Assembly: GCA_002269645.1 (NCBI GenBank)
Contig: NIVC01002844.1
Span: 23,589-87,588 of the forward strand
Length of the DNA: 64,000 nt
Direction: 5' to 3'
DNA from: Macrostomum lignano
Lineage: Eukaryota
Positions 22,373-35,192 of this stretch are shown in pieces; within the stretch, counting starts at the first letter, position 1; each line of letters opens with the position of its first letter. The notes under the pieces were generated by a model. That model did no database searches. It saw only the letters and a program-made list of their open reading frames with translations, and was not told the origin of the DNA. Made by a program: the position numbers and the translations under genes.

Positions 22373-23005
22373 GTTGAGTTTTACTTCCTGTTATACTAAC
22401 AGTGGTCCTTGTGAGAGGGTTACATGTTATATACCTAGAATTTTGAGGTCCACTGCCCTAAAAAACCCCTTATCGAGATTAGCTTATTGTAGAGATTAAG
22501 AGAGGTACTGATGCTTTGGTTACCATCCATTTCTGAAGTTTTCCAAATTTTAGATTCTATTAACATGTTGATTTTCAAAACCCTGCAGGTACTTTGTATT
22601 TTTTATTTGTCATACAAGACGTAATTTTATTGTGGAACCGAATTTAAACAAATCGTAAGTTTGTTTAGCATGACACATCTAATTACTCAACAAATTTGTA
22701 TTGCATTTGTAACATTAGTAGCGAAAAAAGATTTACTATAGTGGATTACAAATCTTTTATTTTGGTCGGTACGCTTAGTAAGCAGCACAATTTAAAACTG
22801 CTTTTCTGAGAAATGACGAGTTAAATGAGCAGATTTTATTGCAATTTAACTGTGATAACTAAACTGTATTTTTGTTGTACCCTTTTATTTTATGGAGTGT
22901 GATTGTACAATAAAATGTAAGAAGCAATATAAAGTGTAGCTAATTGTACGTATTTTATTGTTGTTGTTTTTGTCAAGCCATAGACTAGTCTAGGTTGGTA
23001 AGAAT

Positions 23006-26000
23006 ATGTCAGCTGAAAGTGGTGAAACTAACTCCGTCGCAGCTGTTTCTTTTCAAGATGAGCTTGTACGTTTGCAAAATGAGCTGGACAATGCAATTAA
23101 TGAAAAGATTCAAGCAGCTCAGCATGGTCTTGCTCTTTTAGAGGAAAACTGTCATTTGAAACATTCATTAGAAGAGTCTGAGAGCAATGCAGAAACCCTC
23201 AAGCATGAGTTAGACATGGCAAAAAAGGTTTGTTACTATGACTTTACATGCAGAATAATAATTTTTTTAAATAAATTATTGAAGTCTTTTTATGTATGAG
23301 GTTTTTATCCTTTATATTAATAAGCTTAGACTTTGTCTTAGTTATATAGATTGCTTTATGACCATGAATTTGAGTCTACTTATCCAACCATTGATATTGT
23401 ATACATTGTAGACTTTTTTCTGGCTAAAAAGATGAAAAAAGATTACTGGTTTTTTAATATTAAACTTATATTTAAAATGGTTATCTCTTAGAAGATTAAT
23501 TCTTAAAATATAAAAATAGGCTATGCTTATTTAGTTGGCACTAATCAAATGAGTTTGCAATTACTATTATTTAGCTGGCAGTCCTAACTCGATTCATTGC
23601 CAAGTGTCAATCAAATAAGCTTATTACTATTTAGCTAGTAGTCCTATCTATTGCTAGTAAAGGGTTCTAATCACTTTGTCTATTATCAACTTATTTATTT
23701 ATTTATTTATTTGCCAAAATATTTACAAATAAGCTTGTCTACCATTAAACTTGTCTGCTACCAACTTGTCAACCAATGGTATTTAATTAGTAGTAATGGG
23801 CACCATTAAATTTATTTTTAGCGCCATTACTTAGCACTGTCACAATACTGATTAAAGAAAAAAATAGTGATTGCTAATAGCATGTGCTATTTCTACTTGA
23901 AATTCAGCACAATTAGCACCACTAATTTTGAAATGTGATAATTAATAAATATATTTAATATGAACTGCCATTTCACACATTTATGTTTTTGCACATTTTT
24001 AACTCACATGTTTTAAATGGATAAGCTAATATTGCTATTGCTTATAAATTGTTTTTATTAGCAATCTTAATAAAAAATCCTCAAGCTGCTAAACTGTCAA
24101 AGCAATAGTTGGTAGAAAGAATTCCTAAATGACAATGCTATTTGCCTTGAAAAATGTCAAGGGCCATTGCTACTAGGCCATGGCTTTCTTATAAACAAGA
24201 AGGAAGGCAAGATTATCAGCTTGAAATGGTAGTACGGGATTTCTAAACACTAACATCACCCTGTTGATAGCCAGTCGCTTTGCATCTCATTGCTTAGAAT
24301 GTCAACTAAGTTGAATGTTGGATTCATTGATTAAATGATTAAATTAAATTAAATGAATCAACAACTTTTCGCCAATGAAATGAAAATAATAACATCTTTA
24401 AAAAGTCAATGTCAAAAACAAGATTAATTGCTGATAACACAAAGCAAAAAAGATATTCAAATTTTATTTTGCATTGCTAAGAAAATTAAAAACATATTTA
24501 CATAATCTTTAACTTATTAATCAAAGAGAGTCTCATTTTAAGTATTTAATAGTCATTAACCCTCTAGTTTTTTTAGCAAAAAATGAATTTTGCGCAATTA
24601 GTGATTTTGTACAATTAGTGACTAGCAATAGGATAGGATTGCTGGCTAAATAATGACAAGCTTATTTGACTAGTGCTGGCTAAGTAGGAGTGAGCTTATT
24701 TGACCAATGCCAGCAAAATAATTTTTTGTTGGCTAAATAAGCATTGCCATAAAATATGGCAATAGAAATATTGTTATTGTTTCTTGTTATAAAATAGACC
24801 TAGAAAGAAATTATAAAAAAACTGCAATATTACTAAAGGCATATTAGGCCTAATAATATAAAACATATTTTCTAAAATAAAAAACAAGATATATTATTGG
24901 TTTAAGCCAAGGGCAAAGTTAAAAATCAAGTAGATTTTATTGAGTTTTGGTATATTGACATGATTTATCAAAATATATATTTATTTTTAGCCTAATATGA
25001 TTATTTATTAGGTAATATTAAGAAATTTTAAGACTTTATTGTTAATTTTTAATTTATATATAGTTTTGGTCATTATTTTTATTATAATATTGCATAAAAT
25101 TTTTGCCACTAAGCCCCTAAAGGTGTATTAACTTTTGCAACTAATTCTGATAGCTACTAGTCAAAAGTTTTAATCTTAAATATATTGAAATAAAATGACC
25201 ATTAACTTTATATGATCCTTAGCTCCATATAGTTCCTGTATAGCCACATCAGTTTCCCATAGTCACAGCAGTTTCCCATATCTACAGCAGTTTCCCATAG
25301 TCACATCAGTTTCCGATAGCCACAGCAGTTTCCCATAGCCACAGCAGTTTCCCATAGCCACAGCAGTTTCCCATATACATAGCAGTTTCCCATATCTACA
25401 GCAGTTTCCCATAGCCACAGCAGTTTCCCATATCTACAGCAGTTTTCCATAGTCACAGCAGTTTTCCCATAGCTACAGCAGTTTCCCATATCCATAGCAG
25501 TTTCCCATATCTACAGCAGTTTTCATAGCCACAGCAGTTTCTCATAGCCACAGCAGTTTCCCACAGCTACAGCAGTTTCCCACAGCTACAGCAGTTTCCC
25601 ATATCTACAGCAGTTTCCCATAGTCACATCAGTTTCCCATAGCCATAGCAGTTTCCCATATCTACAGCAGTTTCCCATAGTCACATCAGTTTCCGATAGC
25701 CACAGCAGTTTCCCATAGCCACAGCAGTTTCCCATAGCCACAGCAGTTTCCCATAGCCACAGCAGTTTCCCATATCCATAGCAGTTTCCCATATCTACAG
25801 CAGTTTCCCATAGCCACAGCAGTTTTCATAGCCACAGCAGTTTCCCATATCCATAGCAGTTTCCCATATCTACAGCAGTTTCCCATAGCCACAGCAGTTT
25901 TCATAGCCACAGCAGTTTCCATAGCCACAGCAGTTTCCATAGCCACAGCAGTTTTCATAGCCACAGCAGTTTCCATAGCCACAGCAGTTTCCCATAGCTA

Positions 26001-29000
26001 CAGCAGTTTCCCATATCTACAGCAGTTTCCCATATCTACAGCAGTTTCCCATAGCCACAGCAGTTTTCATAGCCACAGCAGTTTCCCATATCCATAGCAG
26101 TTTCTCATAGCCACAGCAGTTTCCCACAGCTACAGCAGTTTCCCACAGCTACAGCAGTTTCCCATAGCCACAGCAGTTTCCATAGCCATAGCAGTTTCCA
26201 TAGCCACAGCAGTTTCCCATAGCTACAGCAGTTTCCCATATCTACAGCAGTTTTCCATAGTCACAGCAGTTTCCCATAGCTACAGCAGTTTCCCATATCC
26301 ATAGCAGTTTCCCATATCTACAGCAGTTTCCCATAGCCACAGCAGTTTCTCATAGCCACAGCAGTTTCCCACAGCTACAGCAGTTTCCCACAGCTACAGC
26401 AGTTTCCCATAGCTACAGCAGTTTCCCATAGCTACAGCAATTTCCCACAGCTACAGCAGTTTCCCATAGCCACTGCAGTTTCCCATAGCCACTGCAGTTT
26501 CCCATAGCTACAGCAGTTTCCCATAGCTACAGCAATTTCCCACAGCTACAGCAGTTTCCCATAGCCACAGCAGTTTCCCATAGCTACAGCAGTTTCCCAT
26601 AGCTACAGCAGTTTCCCATAGCTACAGCAATTTCCATAGCCACAGCAGTTTCCCATAGCTACAGCAATTTCCCACAGCTACAGCAGTTTCCCATAGCCAC
26701 AGCAGTTTCCATAGCCACAGCAGTTTCCATAGCCACAGCAGTTTCCCATAGCCACAGCAGTTTCCCATAGCCACAGCAGTTTCCCATAGCCACAGCAGTT
26801 TCCATAGCCACAGCAGTTTCCCATAGCCACAGCAGTTTCCCACCACAACTCCACTCGCAGGCCCTGCAGGCGGTCAGCGCGCAGCAGCGGCGCCAGGCGC
26901 AGGACGGCGAGGCCGGTGAGGAGACGCTGCTGAGCGAGTCGGCCAGCCGGGAGGGCGCCCTGCAGCTGCGCATCGGCGATTTGGAGGCTGAGCTGCGCGC
27001 CCTCTCCGTGGACCAGGAGCGCCGCTTCGCCGACATGGATCGGCTGGCCGAGGAGGCGGCCTCGCTGGCCGAGACGGTGCGCTCTCTGGAGGCTGAGAAG
27101 CGCTCGCTGCGATCGGAGGTGAGAATGAGATCTTTAAGCACAGTTTGCCTGCTGAGGCTTTTGGGTAAACTACCTGGTAATTCTGGAAATCACATTATAG
27201 TTCAAGGAGCCAGTCGTGTGAAAGCTCTGGAAATCACATTGTAGTTCAGGGAGTAAGTCGTGTAAAAGCTCTAGAAATCACATTGTAGTTCAGGGAGTAA
27301 GTCGTGTGAAAGCTCTGGAAATCACATTGTAGTTCAGGGATTCAGTCGTGTGAAAGCTCTAGAAATCAGTGATCACAAAGCCTATAAATGATTGATATTG
27401 TATGGTCTGCTAATAAATCTACGACATATTACTTAAGTTTTTTAACCGAAGCAGTGTGCAATGCACTTTAGTGGGGTAATAACAGTAGATATCTATTGAT
27501 TCAATCAGTCATTTATTGCCACTGCCGGCAGAGCACAGAGGCAAATTTATTGATAGAAAAAATCAGGCAGAATATGAAGCTGAGTGTGCGGGATGAGGCG
27601 GTGGCTGTCGGGGCAGTGCTGCCTCTATCTGATTATCCTCTGCTGGGTGTGAGCATTGAGTTTACTCACCGCTGTCGCAAACTTATGGGAGCTGTGATCT
27701 ATGCGCTAATATTAATTTAGGCTTAAATAGACTTGCGGATGGTAGCTGAATGTATGCGCTGGTCTAATGTGTATCTGTTTGCTCTGTCTAGCTGTTACAA
27801 GAGTCTCATGAACCCCCTCAGTTGTCTCATGAGTCTCATGAACCGCCCAAATCTGTCACAAGAGTCTCATGAACCCCCTCAGTTGTCTCAAGAGTCTCAT
27901 GAACCGCCCAAATCTGTCACAAGAGTCTCATGAACCGCCCTTAGTTGTCACAAGAGTGTCTTGAACCGCCCAAATCTGTCACAAGAGTCTCATGAACCGC
28001 CCACCACTGTCACAAGAGTGTCTTGAACCGCCCAAATCTGTCACAAGAGTCTCATGAACCGCCCAAATCTGTCACAAGAGTCTCATGAACCGCCCAAATC
28101 TGTCACAAGAGTCTCATGAACCGCCCTTAGTTGTCACAAGAGTCTCATGAACCGCCCAAATCTGTCACAAGAGTCTCATGAACCGCCCTTAGTTGTCACA
28201 AGAGTGTCTTGAACCGCCCAAATCTGTCACAAGAGTCTCATAAACCGCCCTCAGTTGTCACAAGAGTCTCATGAACCGCCCTCAGTTGTCACAAGAGTCT
28301 CATGAACCGCCCACCACTGTCACAAGTGTCTCATGAACCGCCCACCAGTGTCACAAGAGTCTCATGAACCGCCCACCAGTGTCACAAGAGTCTCATGAAC
28401 CGCCCTCAGTTGTCACAAGAGTCTCATGAACCGCCCAAATCTGTCACAAGAGTCTCATGAACCGCCCTCAGCTGTCACAAGAGTCTCATGAACCGCCCAA
28501 ATCTGTCACAAGAGTCTCATGAACCGCCCAAATCTGTCACAAGAGTCTCATGAACCGCCCAAATCTGTCACAAGAGTCTCATGAACCGCCCTCAGTTGTC
28601 ACAAGAGTCTCATGAACCGCCCAAATCTGTCACAAGAGTCTCATGAACCGCCCAAATCTGTCACAAGAGTCTCATGAACTGCCTTCAGCGGTCACAGTTG
28701 CCATACCTGGCTGAACTCTGCACCCGCAGGTCAAGGAGCTGAAATCGCGGGAGGCCCGCCAGCTGGCCGACCACGCCGAGCTGGCTGACGAGAACATGGC
28801 GCTGGAACGGAAGCTGCTGGAGGCGCAGCGGTCGCAGCTGGACTACGAGTTGGTCAAACACGAGCGGCGGCGGCTGCTCGAGGAGACGGAGATCCTGTCC
28901 GGCCAGCTGGAGGAGCTCGCCCGACTGCGCGCGGTGTCCGACAAGAACCTGGAGGAGGCCCAGGATGCGCTGCAGGCGGAGCGGGAGGCCAAGCACTCGC

Positions 29001-32000
29001 TGCGGCGGGAGCTGGACACCCGGCTGAGTGCCGACAGTCTGCAGCAGTTCAGCACTAGCGTGCAGCGAGACTTGGCGTCTACAAATGCCAATAGTGAGCT
29101 AATATTGATGGTTTGACAGTTCTTGAATGGCTGTGGCCGTAGCTGATCCAGTGCTGGCATTAGCCAATCCAAGGCTGGCAGTAGCCAGTAGGCTTAGCTG
29201 ATCCAGTGCTGGCATTAGCCAATCCAAGGTTGGCAGTAGCGGGTAGTCTTAGCTGATCCAGTGCTGGCATTAGCCAATCCAAGGTTGGCAGTAGCGGGTA
29301 GCCTTAGCTGATCCAGTGCTGGCATTAGCCAATCCAAGGTTGGCAGTAGCGGGTAGCCTTAGCTGATCCAGTGCTGGCATTAGCCAATCCAAGTTTGGCA
29401 GTAGCGGGTAGCCTTAGCTGATCCAGTGCTGGCATTAGCCAATCCAAGGTTGGCAGTAGCGGGTAGCCTTAGCTGATCTAGTGCTGGCATTAACCTCAAG
29501 TGCCGCGCCTCCTGTCATCCCGCAGGCCACGATCTGTACAGCGAGCTGGCGGGGCAGCTGCGCGAGCGCGAGTCGGAACGAGAAGCGGCTCGCCGTCGGG
29601 CCGAAGAGGCGGAGGCGACCGTTGAGAGGCTGCGCCGTGAACTGCAGACAAGCCGCTTCGAGCACGACCAGGTGAGATGGATGTGGATGGGTGGGAGTTG
29701 ATGCAGAGCTGGCACCTGGTGATCTCTGCAGTGAAGGTGTGGGTGAGAATCGATGCAGAGCTGGCACCTGGTGATCTCTGCAGTGAAGGTGTGGGTGAGA
29801 GTTGATGCACAGCTGGCACCTGGTGATCTCTGCAGTGAAGGTGTGGGTGAGAGTTAATGCACAGCTGGCACCTGGTGATCTCTGCAGTGAATGTGTGGGT
29901 GAGAGTTGATGCACAGCTGGCACCTGGTGATCTCTGCAGTGAAGGTGTGGGTGAGAGTCGATGCAGAGCTGGCACCTGGTGATCTCTGCAGTGAAGGTGT
30001 GGGTGAGAGTCGATGCAGAGCTGGCACCTGGTGATCTCTGCAGTGAAGGTGTGGGTGAGAGTTGATGCAGAGCTGGCACCTGGTGATCTCTGCAGTGAAG
30101 GTGTGGGTGAGAGTTGATGCACAGCTGGCACCTGGTGATCTCTGCAGTGAAGGTGTGGGTGAGAGTTGATGCAGAGCTGGCACCTGGTGATCTCTGCAGT
30201 GAAGGTGTGGGTGAGAGTTGATGCACAGCTGGCACCTGGTGATCTCTGCAGTGAAGGTGTGGGTGAGAGTTGATGCACAGCTGGCACCTGGTGATCTCTG
30301 CAGTGAAGGTGTATTTTGAAGTAATAACCTGCTTGCATCTCTTCACAGCCATTTGCTGCTGTGTGAGGCAGCAGTTATTTCGAGTTCTCATAGCTTTATT
30401 GACCATAGCTTTCCAAGTTGGAAGGGCATGTTGCAAACGAATTGACCCAACAAACCGCATTAAATCTGGCAGGCGCTGGACCAGCTGCGGGTGGCCGCCA
30501 AGCTCGGGCAAGCCGACTCTGATGCGGCTGCCACAGCTGCTGCCGCTGCCGCCGCGGCCGCTGCCTCCCACGGGCCTCCGGGCGGCCCGGCCGACCTGAT
30601 GAGCCAGTCGGTGTCCGAGCTGTCCGAATTTCGCGGGCCGGATGAGGCACCGGTGAAGCGGTGAGTTGTGGTCTTTGTTTCATTGACTGCTTGGCATTGA
30701 CCCCCTGTCATCTGCATCCCTTACCTTTGACTGAGGTAATGTCTTGCCCATCTGATCTCATCCTATGATCTCATCATATGATCTCACCCTGTGATCGCAC
30801 CCTATGATCTCATCCTATGATCTCACTCTGTGATCTCTCCCTGATCTCACCTGTGTTCTCATCCTATGATCTCACCCAGTGATCTATCCCTATGATCTCA
30901 CCCTATCATCTCATCCTGAGGTCTTGTCCTTGATCGTATATTACTTTGTAATCCCACGATATCAGCTGACTTTGCCCAAGCTCTCATTCCATTCAGAATT
31001 CGGGCAGCGCCTCTCCCATCGCTATTATTAACGCCACACGCCGTCTTGCAGGTGCGAAACGCCAGACACGGAAGGGTAAAAGAGATTCGCCTTTGCTTGA
31101 TTCCATTCAATCATATCCAATATTACCGTGTACTGTTGCAAAATCAATGCATTTATTTGATGATAACAAGGGCTTTTGCCAGCTGAAATGATGCATAACT
31201 GTGATATTTATTAGCTCAATCTGCACCTTCATCAACGAATTAACTGATAGCATTTTGCACTACTTGAGTGATAGCAGACACTAACTGTACCAGTGTACAA
31301 AACTAATCACTGATTCCACTAGCCAATCCATGATGACTGACTGAGATAACCTCAGCTGTAACCGCTGCATTCAATATCTGTATCGCCCGTACATTTTGCT
31401 GGCAATGTTTACTAGGAGGTTTCTCATTCGTTTTCCTCGACTGGCAATGAACCTGGTTCTCAGATTGGCTGTCTGCATTATTTCCTCCGATTGGGGTGGT
31501 ATAACTATGTTCCTTTGTAAACTTTGTGCGCATTGTTACAATTGATTTACGATCAGTTCTGTGCAATCAGAGGCATATTGACCATGCTCTACAGATCTGC
31601 AGTCACTTCAATCTGATCTGCAGTCACTCCAATCTGATCTGCACCCACTTCAATTTGATCTGCAGTCACTTCAATCTGATCTGCAGTCACTTCAATCTGA
31701 TCTGCAGTCACTTCAATCTGATCTGCAGTCACTTCAATCTGATCTGCAGCCACTTCAATCTGATCTGCAGTCAGTTCAATCTGATCTGCAGTCACTTCAA
31801 TCTGATCTGCAGTCACTTCAATCTGATCTGCAGCCACTTCAATCTGATCTGCAGCCACTTCAATCTGATCTACAAGAACTTCAATATTGATTTCCACAGA
31901 TTCCAATCAATCCAATCTTACAGAATCGACTTGATCAGTTTGAGATGGCGCTTCTCAATCGTTGCCATGCCAGGCTTAGTGCCCCGCCCCCACCCAACAA

Positions 32001-33157
32001 CCACCAGCTACGCCTCCCTGGAGCACAAGTACCTGGTGGCGCTGCGCCAGATCGCCGCGCTACAGCGCGATCTCAACCGCATGCGCAGCGCCCAGGAGCT
32101 TCAGCAGCGGCCGGACGACGCCGCCCGGCTGGTGGCCGCCCAGGCCGACCTCGAGCTGGTCAACTCCCACCTGCGTGCCCAGCTGGAGGAGACCAACGCT
32201 TCGGTTGCCACGGCAACGGAACGATGCGGCCGCACCGTGGCCGAGCTGCGCTTGGCGCTGGCCGAGTTTGGCGCCCTCTACCTGCAGCTGTGCCAGCGCG
32301 CCGGTCAGGAGCCGCAGCGCCGGCTTGCCGACCTCATCGAGTCCCGCGGCGGCAGCGGAGGCACTGGAAACGGCTCGGTTGCCATGGAGACGGCGTTGGA
32401 CGAGCTGGCCAGCCAAGCCGACTGCCTGCGGCTGCTTCGCCGCCACCTCGCCGACGTAGCCGCAGCCGCGCCCTCTGCCGCCTCAACGACGGAGGCGGCG
32501 GCAGCCAGCGCGGCTGAACAGCGCGAGGAGGCGGCGCGCCTTCGGGCGCTGATGAACACGAAGCGGGAACAGATCGCCACGCTGCGCTCGGTGCTGAAGA
32601 CCAACAAGGCCACGGCGGAGTCGGCGCTGGCCAACCTCAAGCAGAAATACCAGAACGAGAAGCAGGTGGTCAGCGAGACCATGCTGCGCCTGCGCTCCGA
32701 GCTCAAGTCACTGAAGGACGACGCTGCCGGATTCGCCAACCTGCGCAACATGTTCGGCCAGCGCTGCGAGGAGTACGTCACCCAGATCGACGAGATGCAG
32801 CGCCAGCTGCAGGCGGCAGACGAAGAGAGGAAGACGCTGAACTCGCTGCTCCGCATGGCCATCCAGCAGAAGCTGACGCTCACCCAGCGCCTTGAAGAGA
32901 TGGAGATGGACAACGAGCGGCTGCGTCGGTTGCCTCCGGTTGGCGTCGTGACGCCTGGCGCCGGTGGCGGCATCGCCGAAGTGAACAGCAGCTCGGCGTC
33001 GGGGCGGAGTTCGCAGCCGCTGCCTCCGTTGCCGGCCTCAGCGCAGGCGCAGCAGCCGGGAGCGGGTGGCGGCAATCCGCAGCAGCGGCAGGGAGCGTCA
33101 CGCACGTCGCCCGGATCCAAGGTAGCCAACCAGGTGGCGAGTGGGGTTGTCACGTGA
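23006..33157 (+). CDS. BicD: Bicaudal-D dynein cargo adaptor
   Basis: Exons 23006-23227, 26861-27118, 28730-29093, 29526-29671, 30473-30660, (31052-31075) and 32008-33157, all GT-AG and phase-compatible (2352 nt, 783 aa). Motifs: [33 protein letters not shown], and C-terminal [31 protein letters not shown]...[16 protein letters not shown]...[22 protein letters not shown]. Confidence 0.95.
25245..26840. repeat. 19-20-bp minisatellite in BicD intron 1
   Basis: Unit cagcagtttcccatagcca and variants, running to about 20 bp before the exon-2 acceptor. Confidence 0.95.
27183..27368. repeat. 44-bp tandem repeat, about 4 copies, BicD intron 2
   Basis: ctggaaatcacatt recurs at 27183 and 27227 and onward. 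Confidence 0.9.
27795..28685. repeat. 31-bp minisatellite, BicD intron 2
   Basis: Unit agagtctcatgaaccgcccaaatctgtcaca. Confidence 0.95.
29140..29492. repeat. 55-bp tandem repeat, about 6 copies, BicD intron 3
   Basis: Unit tagctgatccagtgctggcattagccaatccaaggttggcagtagcgggtagcct. Confidence 0.95.
29695..30310. repeat. 52-bp tandem repeat, about 12 copies, BicD intron 4
   Basis: Unit gttgatgcagagctggcacctggtgatctctgcagtgaaggtgtgggtgaga. Confidence 0.95.
30750..30920. repeat. Degenerate tgatctcatccta repeat, BicD intron 5
   Basis: Recurrent tgatctca(t/c)cct units. Confidence 0.75.
31590..31872. repeat. 21-bp minisatellite, BicD intron before the last large exon
   Basis: Unit caatctgatctgcagtcactt. 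It accounts for the CSHFNLI run at the start of ORF 31526. Confidence 0.95.
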
Positions 33158-33974
33158 CTGCTCCCAGCCAATAGTTACTGGCGTTGCTAGTATACCGTTT
33201 CCCGTTCAGTTTTAGCAAGCTAGCATTCCCCAGTCGAGAGAGCTCCAGACCGCCAGTGGATGCTAAAAGTAGGCAATGTAGCCGCAATCGGAATTGAATG
33301 GGAAGTAAGTTTCTGCGCATTGTATTACTAGCAATAATTAAGTAGTGTTGTAAGGGTTTGATGAGGCAGCGCAAATAACAGTATAATTCAGCAGTGCAAC
33401 TGAAAACGCGACAGCTCCGGTATATTCCTCTTGACTTGGAAAAATGGCTGCAGCCATACTCTTATATGCATGCGCCTTTGAGCCATAGACAGCAATAATG
33501 ACTACTTTTATTAGTAGAGCACGCGCATCTACACAACAAGTTGTAAGCAGTAAGTTGTAGCTTAGCTGTTGCTGATGCTGTCCTTGAAAGCATTGAATAA
33601 GATTTACTAAAAACATTTCTAATTATTATTTTTTCTACTTACTTGTGCGATTGCACGACCACTCAGTGCCGGCCCATCGCACATTGCATAAATATGAGTT
33701 CCTTTCTGTTGTGCTGCCTGGTTTACCCGCCTCGCCTCCCCGCCTTTTCTCTTGGCGCCCCGCTACTTGCAGTGCATCAGGTGGCGCCTTCGTCGGCTTA
33801 GCAGCGTGTTTGTTTGAGCAGCTGCGAGTTGCCTGTACCGGTATTGTATTTGCTTGCTCAGGTTGTGGCCTGGGGTCGCTTTTCTCCTCTGGTGTTTTTG
33901 CTTTTTGAGGCTCGCGAGTCTTCCTTGTTGAAGTTTCCTGTCCTCCCTGTCGTATCTCTTCGCATCCTCTCCTA

Positions 33975-34525
33975 ATCTCCTCTCCTAACCCCCTCATAAT
34001 CCCCTTCTAATCCCCCCTTCTCACACCCTCCTAATCCCCTCTCCTAACCCCCTCCCATTGTCCCCTTCTCCTAATCCCCTTCTAATCCTCCTCATCCCTC
34101 TCCTAATTCCCTCTCGTAATCCTATCTCCTCGTTCCCTCTCCTCATGCCCTCCCCTAATCCTCTCCTTATCCCCTCTCTTAATATTATCCTAATCCCCTC
34201 TCATAATCCTATCCTAATCCTCTTCTAATCCGCCTCATCCCTCTCCTAATCCCCTCTCCTAATCCCCTTCTAATCATCTTCATCTCTCTCCTAATCCCCC
34301 TATTCGAATCCCCTCTCCTAATCCCCCTATTCTAATCCCTTGTCCTAATCCCCTTCTCATCTCCCTCCTAATCATCCTCCCAATCCCCCTATTCTAATCT
34401 CTCTCCCAATCCCTCTCCTCCTCATCCCCCTCCTAATCCCCTCTGCTAATCCTCTCTTCTCACCCCTCTTAATCCCCTCTGCATTCCCCTTTTGTAATCC
34501 CCTCGTCTAATCCCCTCACTCATCA
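33975..34525. repeat. Degenerate C/T-rich ctaatcccct repeat
   Basis: Recurrent (c)taatcccct(ct) units. Confidence 0.85.
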
Positions 34526-34622
34526 GAATAAGCTTCCTTATTTCCATGTCCAGGCTTTGTCCGCTCCCAGTTTTCTCCAGCCCCCTAAGCGCGCATCTTC
34601 CCAAACGCCTCGCCGTTCGCAG

Positions 34623-35192
34623 CAGCCGACCCACTCGCGGTCGCTGGAGGCCGCCTCCGACTCGGACTGCAGCGACGACTACGGGGACGCTGATGATTCT
34701 GATGGCGCCACGGACGGCGCCGGCGCCGCCTCAGGCTGGCCGGTGGCGCTTCGAGAGAGCGCCCGGCTCAAGCGGGCCGCCAGCCTCTACGCTTCGTTCT
34801 CCAGGGTAGCCAGCGCTGCTGAGCTTAGCAACCAATTTATTAATATTCCGCACTCTGAATTTATAATTTCTATTCTCTAACGATATTTCTATTTACAAAC
34901 TGTTTGGGCACCACTCGGTTAACTTATACTCTGCTCTTGACACCGATGGCACCCGCACTGTAGACTCGCTAAACAATGCTTTAATCTGTGCCTGTCTGAA
35001 TGAAAAATCTTTTATAATCCGGGCGTTTGATCGCTTCCTGACGGGAGCTGTTCATGAATTTTTACAAGGCACTAGCTTGTTAACCGCTGCTTCACAATCC
35101 ATCATTTTGCGCTCCAACTCTGCAGCCTTGACTCCTCCGCCACCGCGTTTCAGAGGTTCAACCGCTGGAGTCGCCGGGAGGACAATGACTGA
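34623..35192 (+). CDS. BicD: Two candidate alternative 3' coding exons of BicD (34623-34805 and 35154-35192)
   Basis: Internal donor aag|gtagcc at 33121/33122 (phase 0), acceptor ttcgcag|cag at 34622, donor agg|gtagcc at 34805, acceptor gtttcag|agg at 35153. The joined frame reads QPTHSRSLEAASDSDCSDDY...RAASLYASFSR-RFNRWSRREDND-stop. Confidence 0.6.

Noticed and set aside
27795-28685. Regular 31-bp repeats (and other 28-55-bp arrays) resembling CRISPR
   Set aside because: Units are head-to-tail with no unique spacers, the context is eukaryotic introns, and there are no cas genes.
25301-30571. Cys-rich ORFs over the BicD intron arrays, and similar ones at 36287-37036 and 51340-51784
   Set aside because: All are repeat translations. 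The only coding parts are the BicD exons listed.
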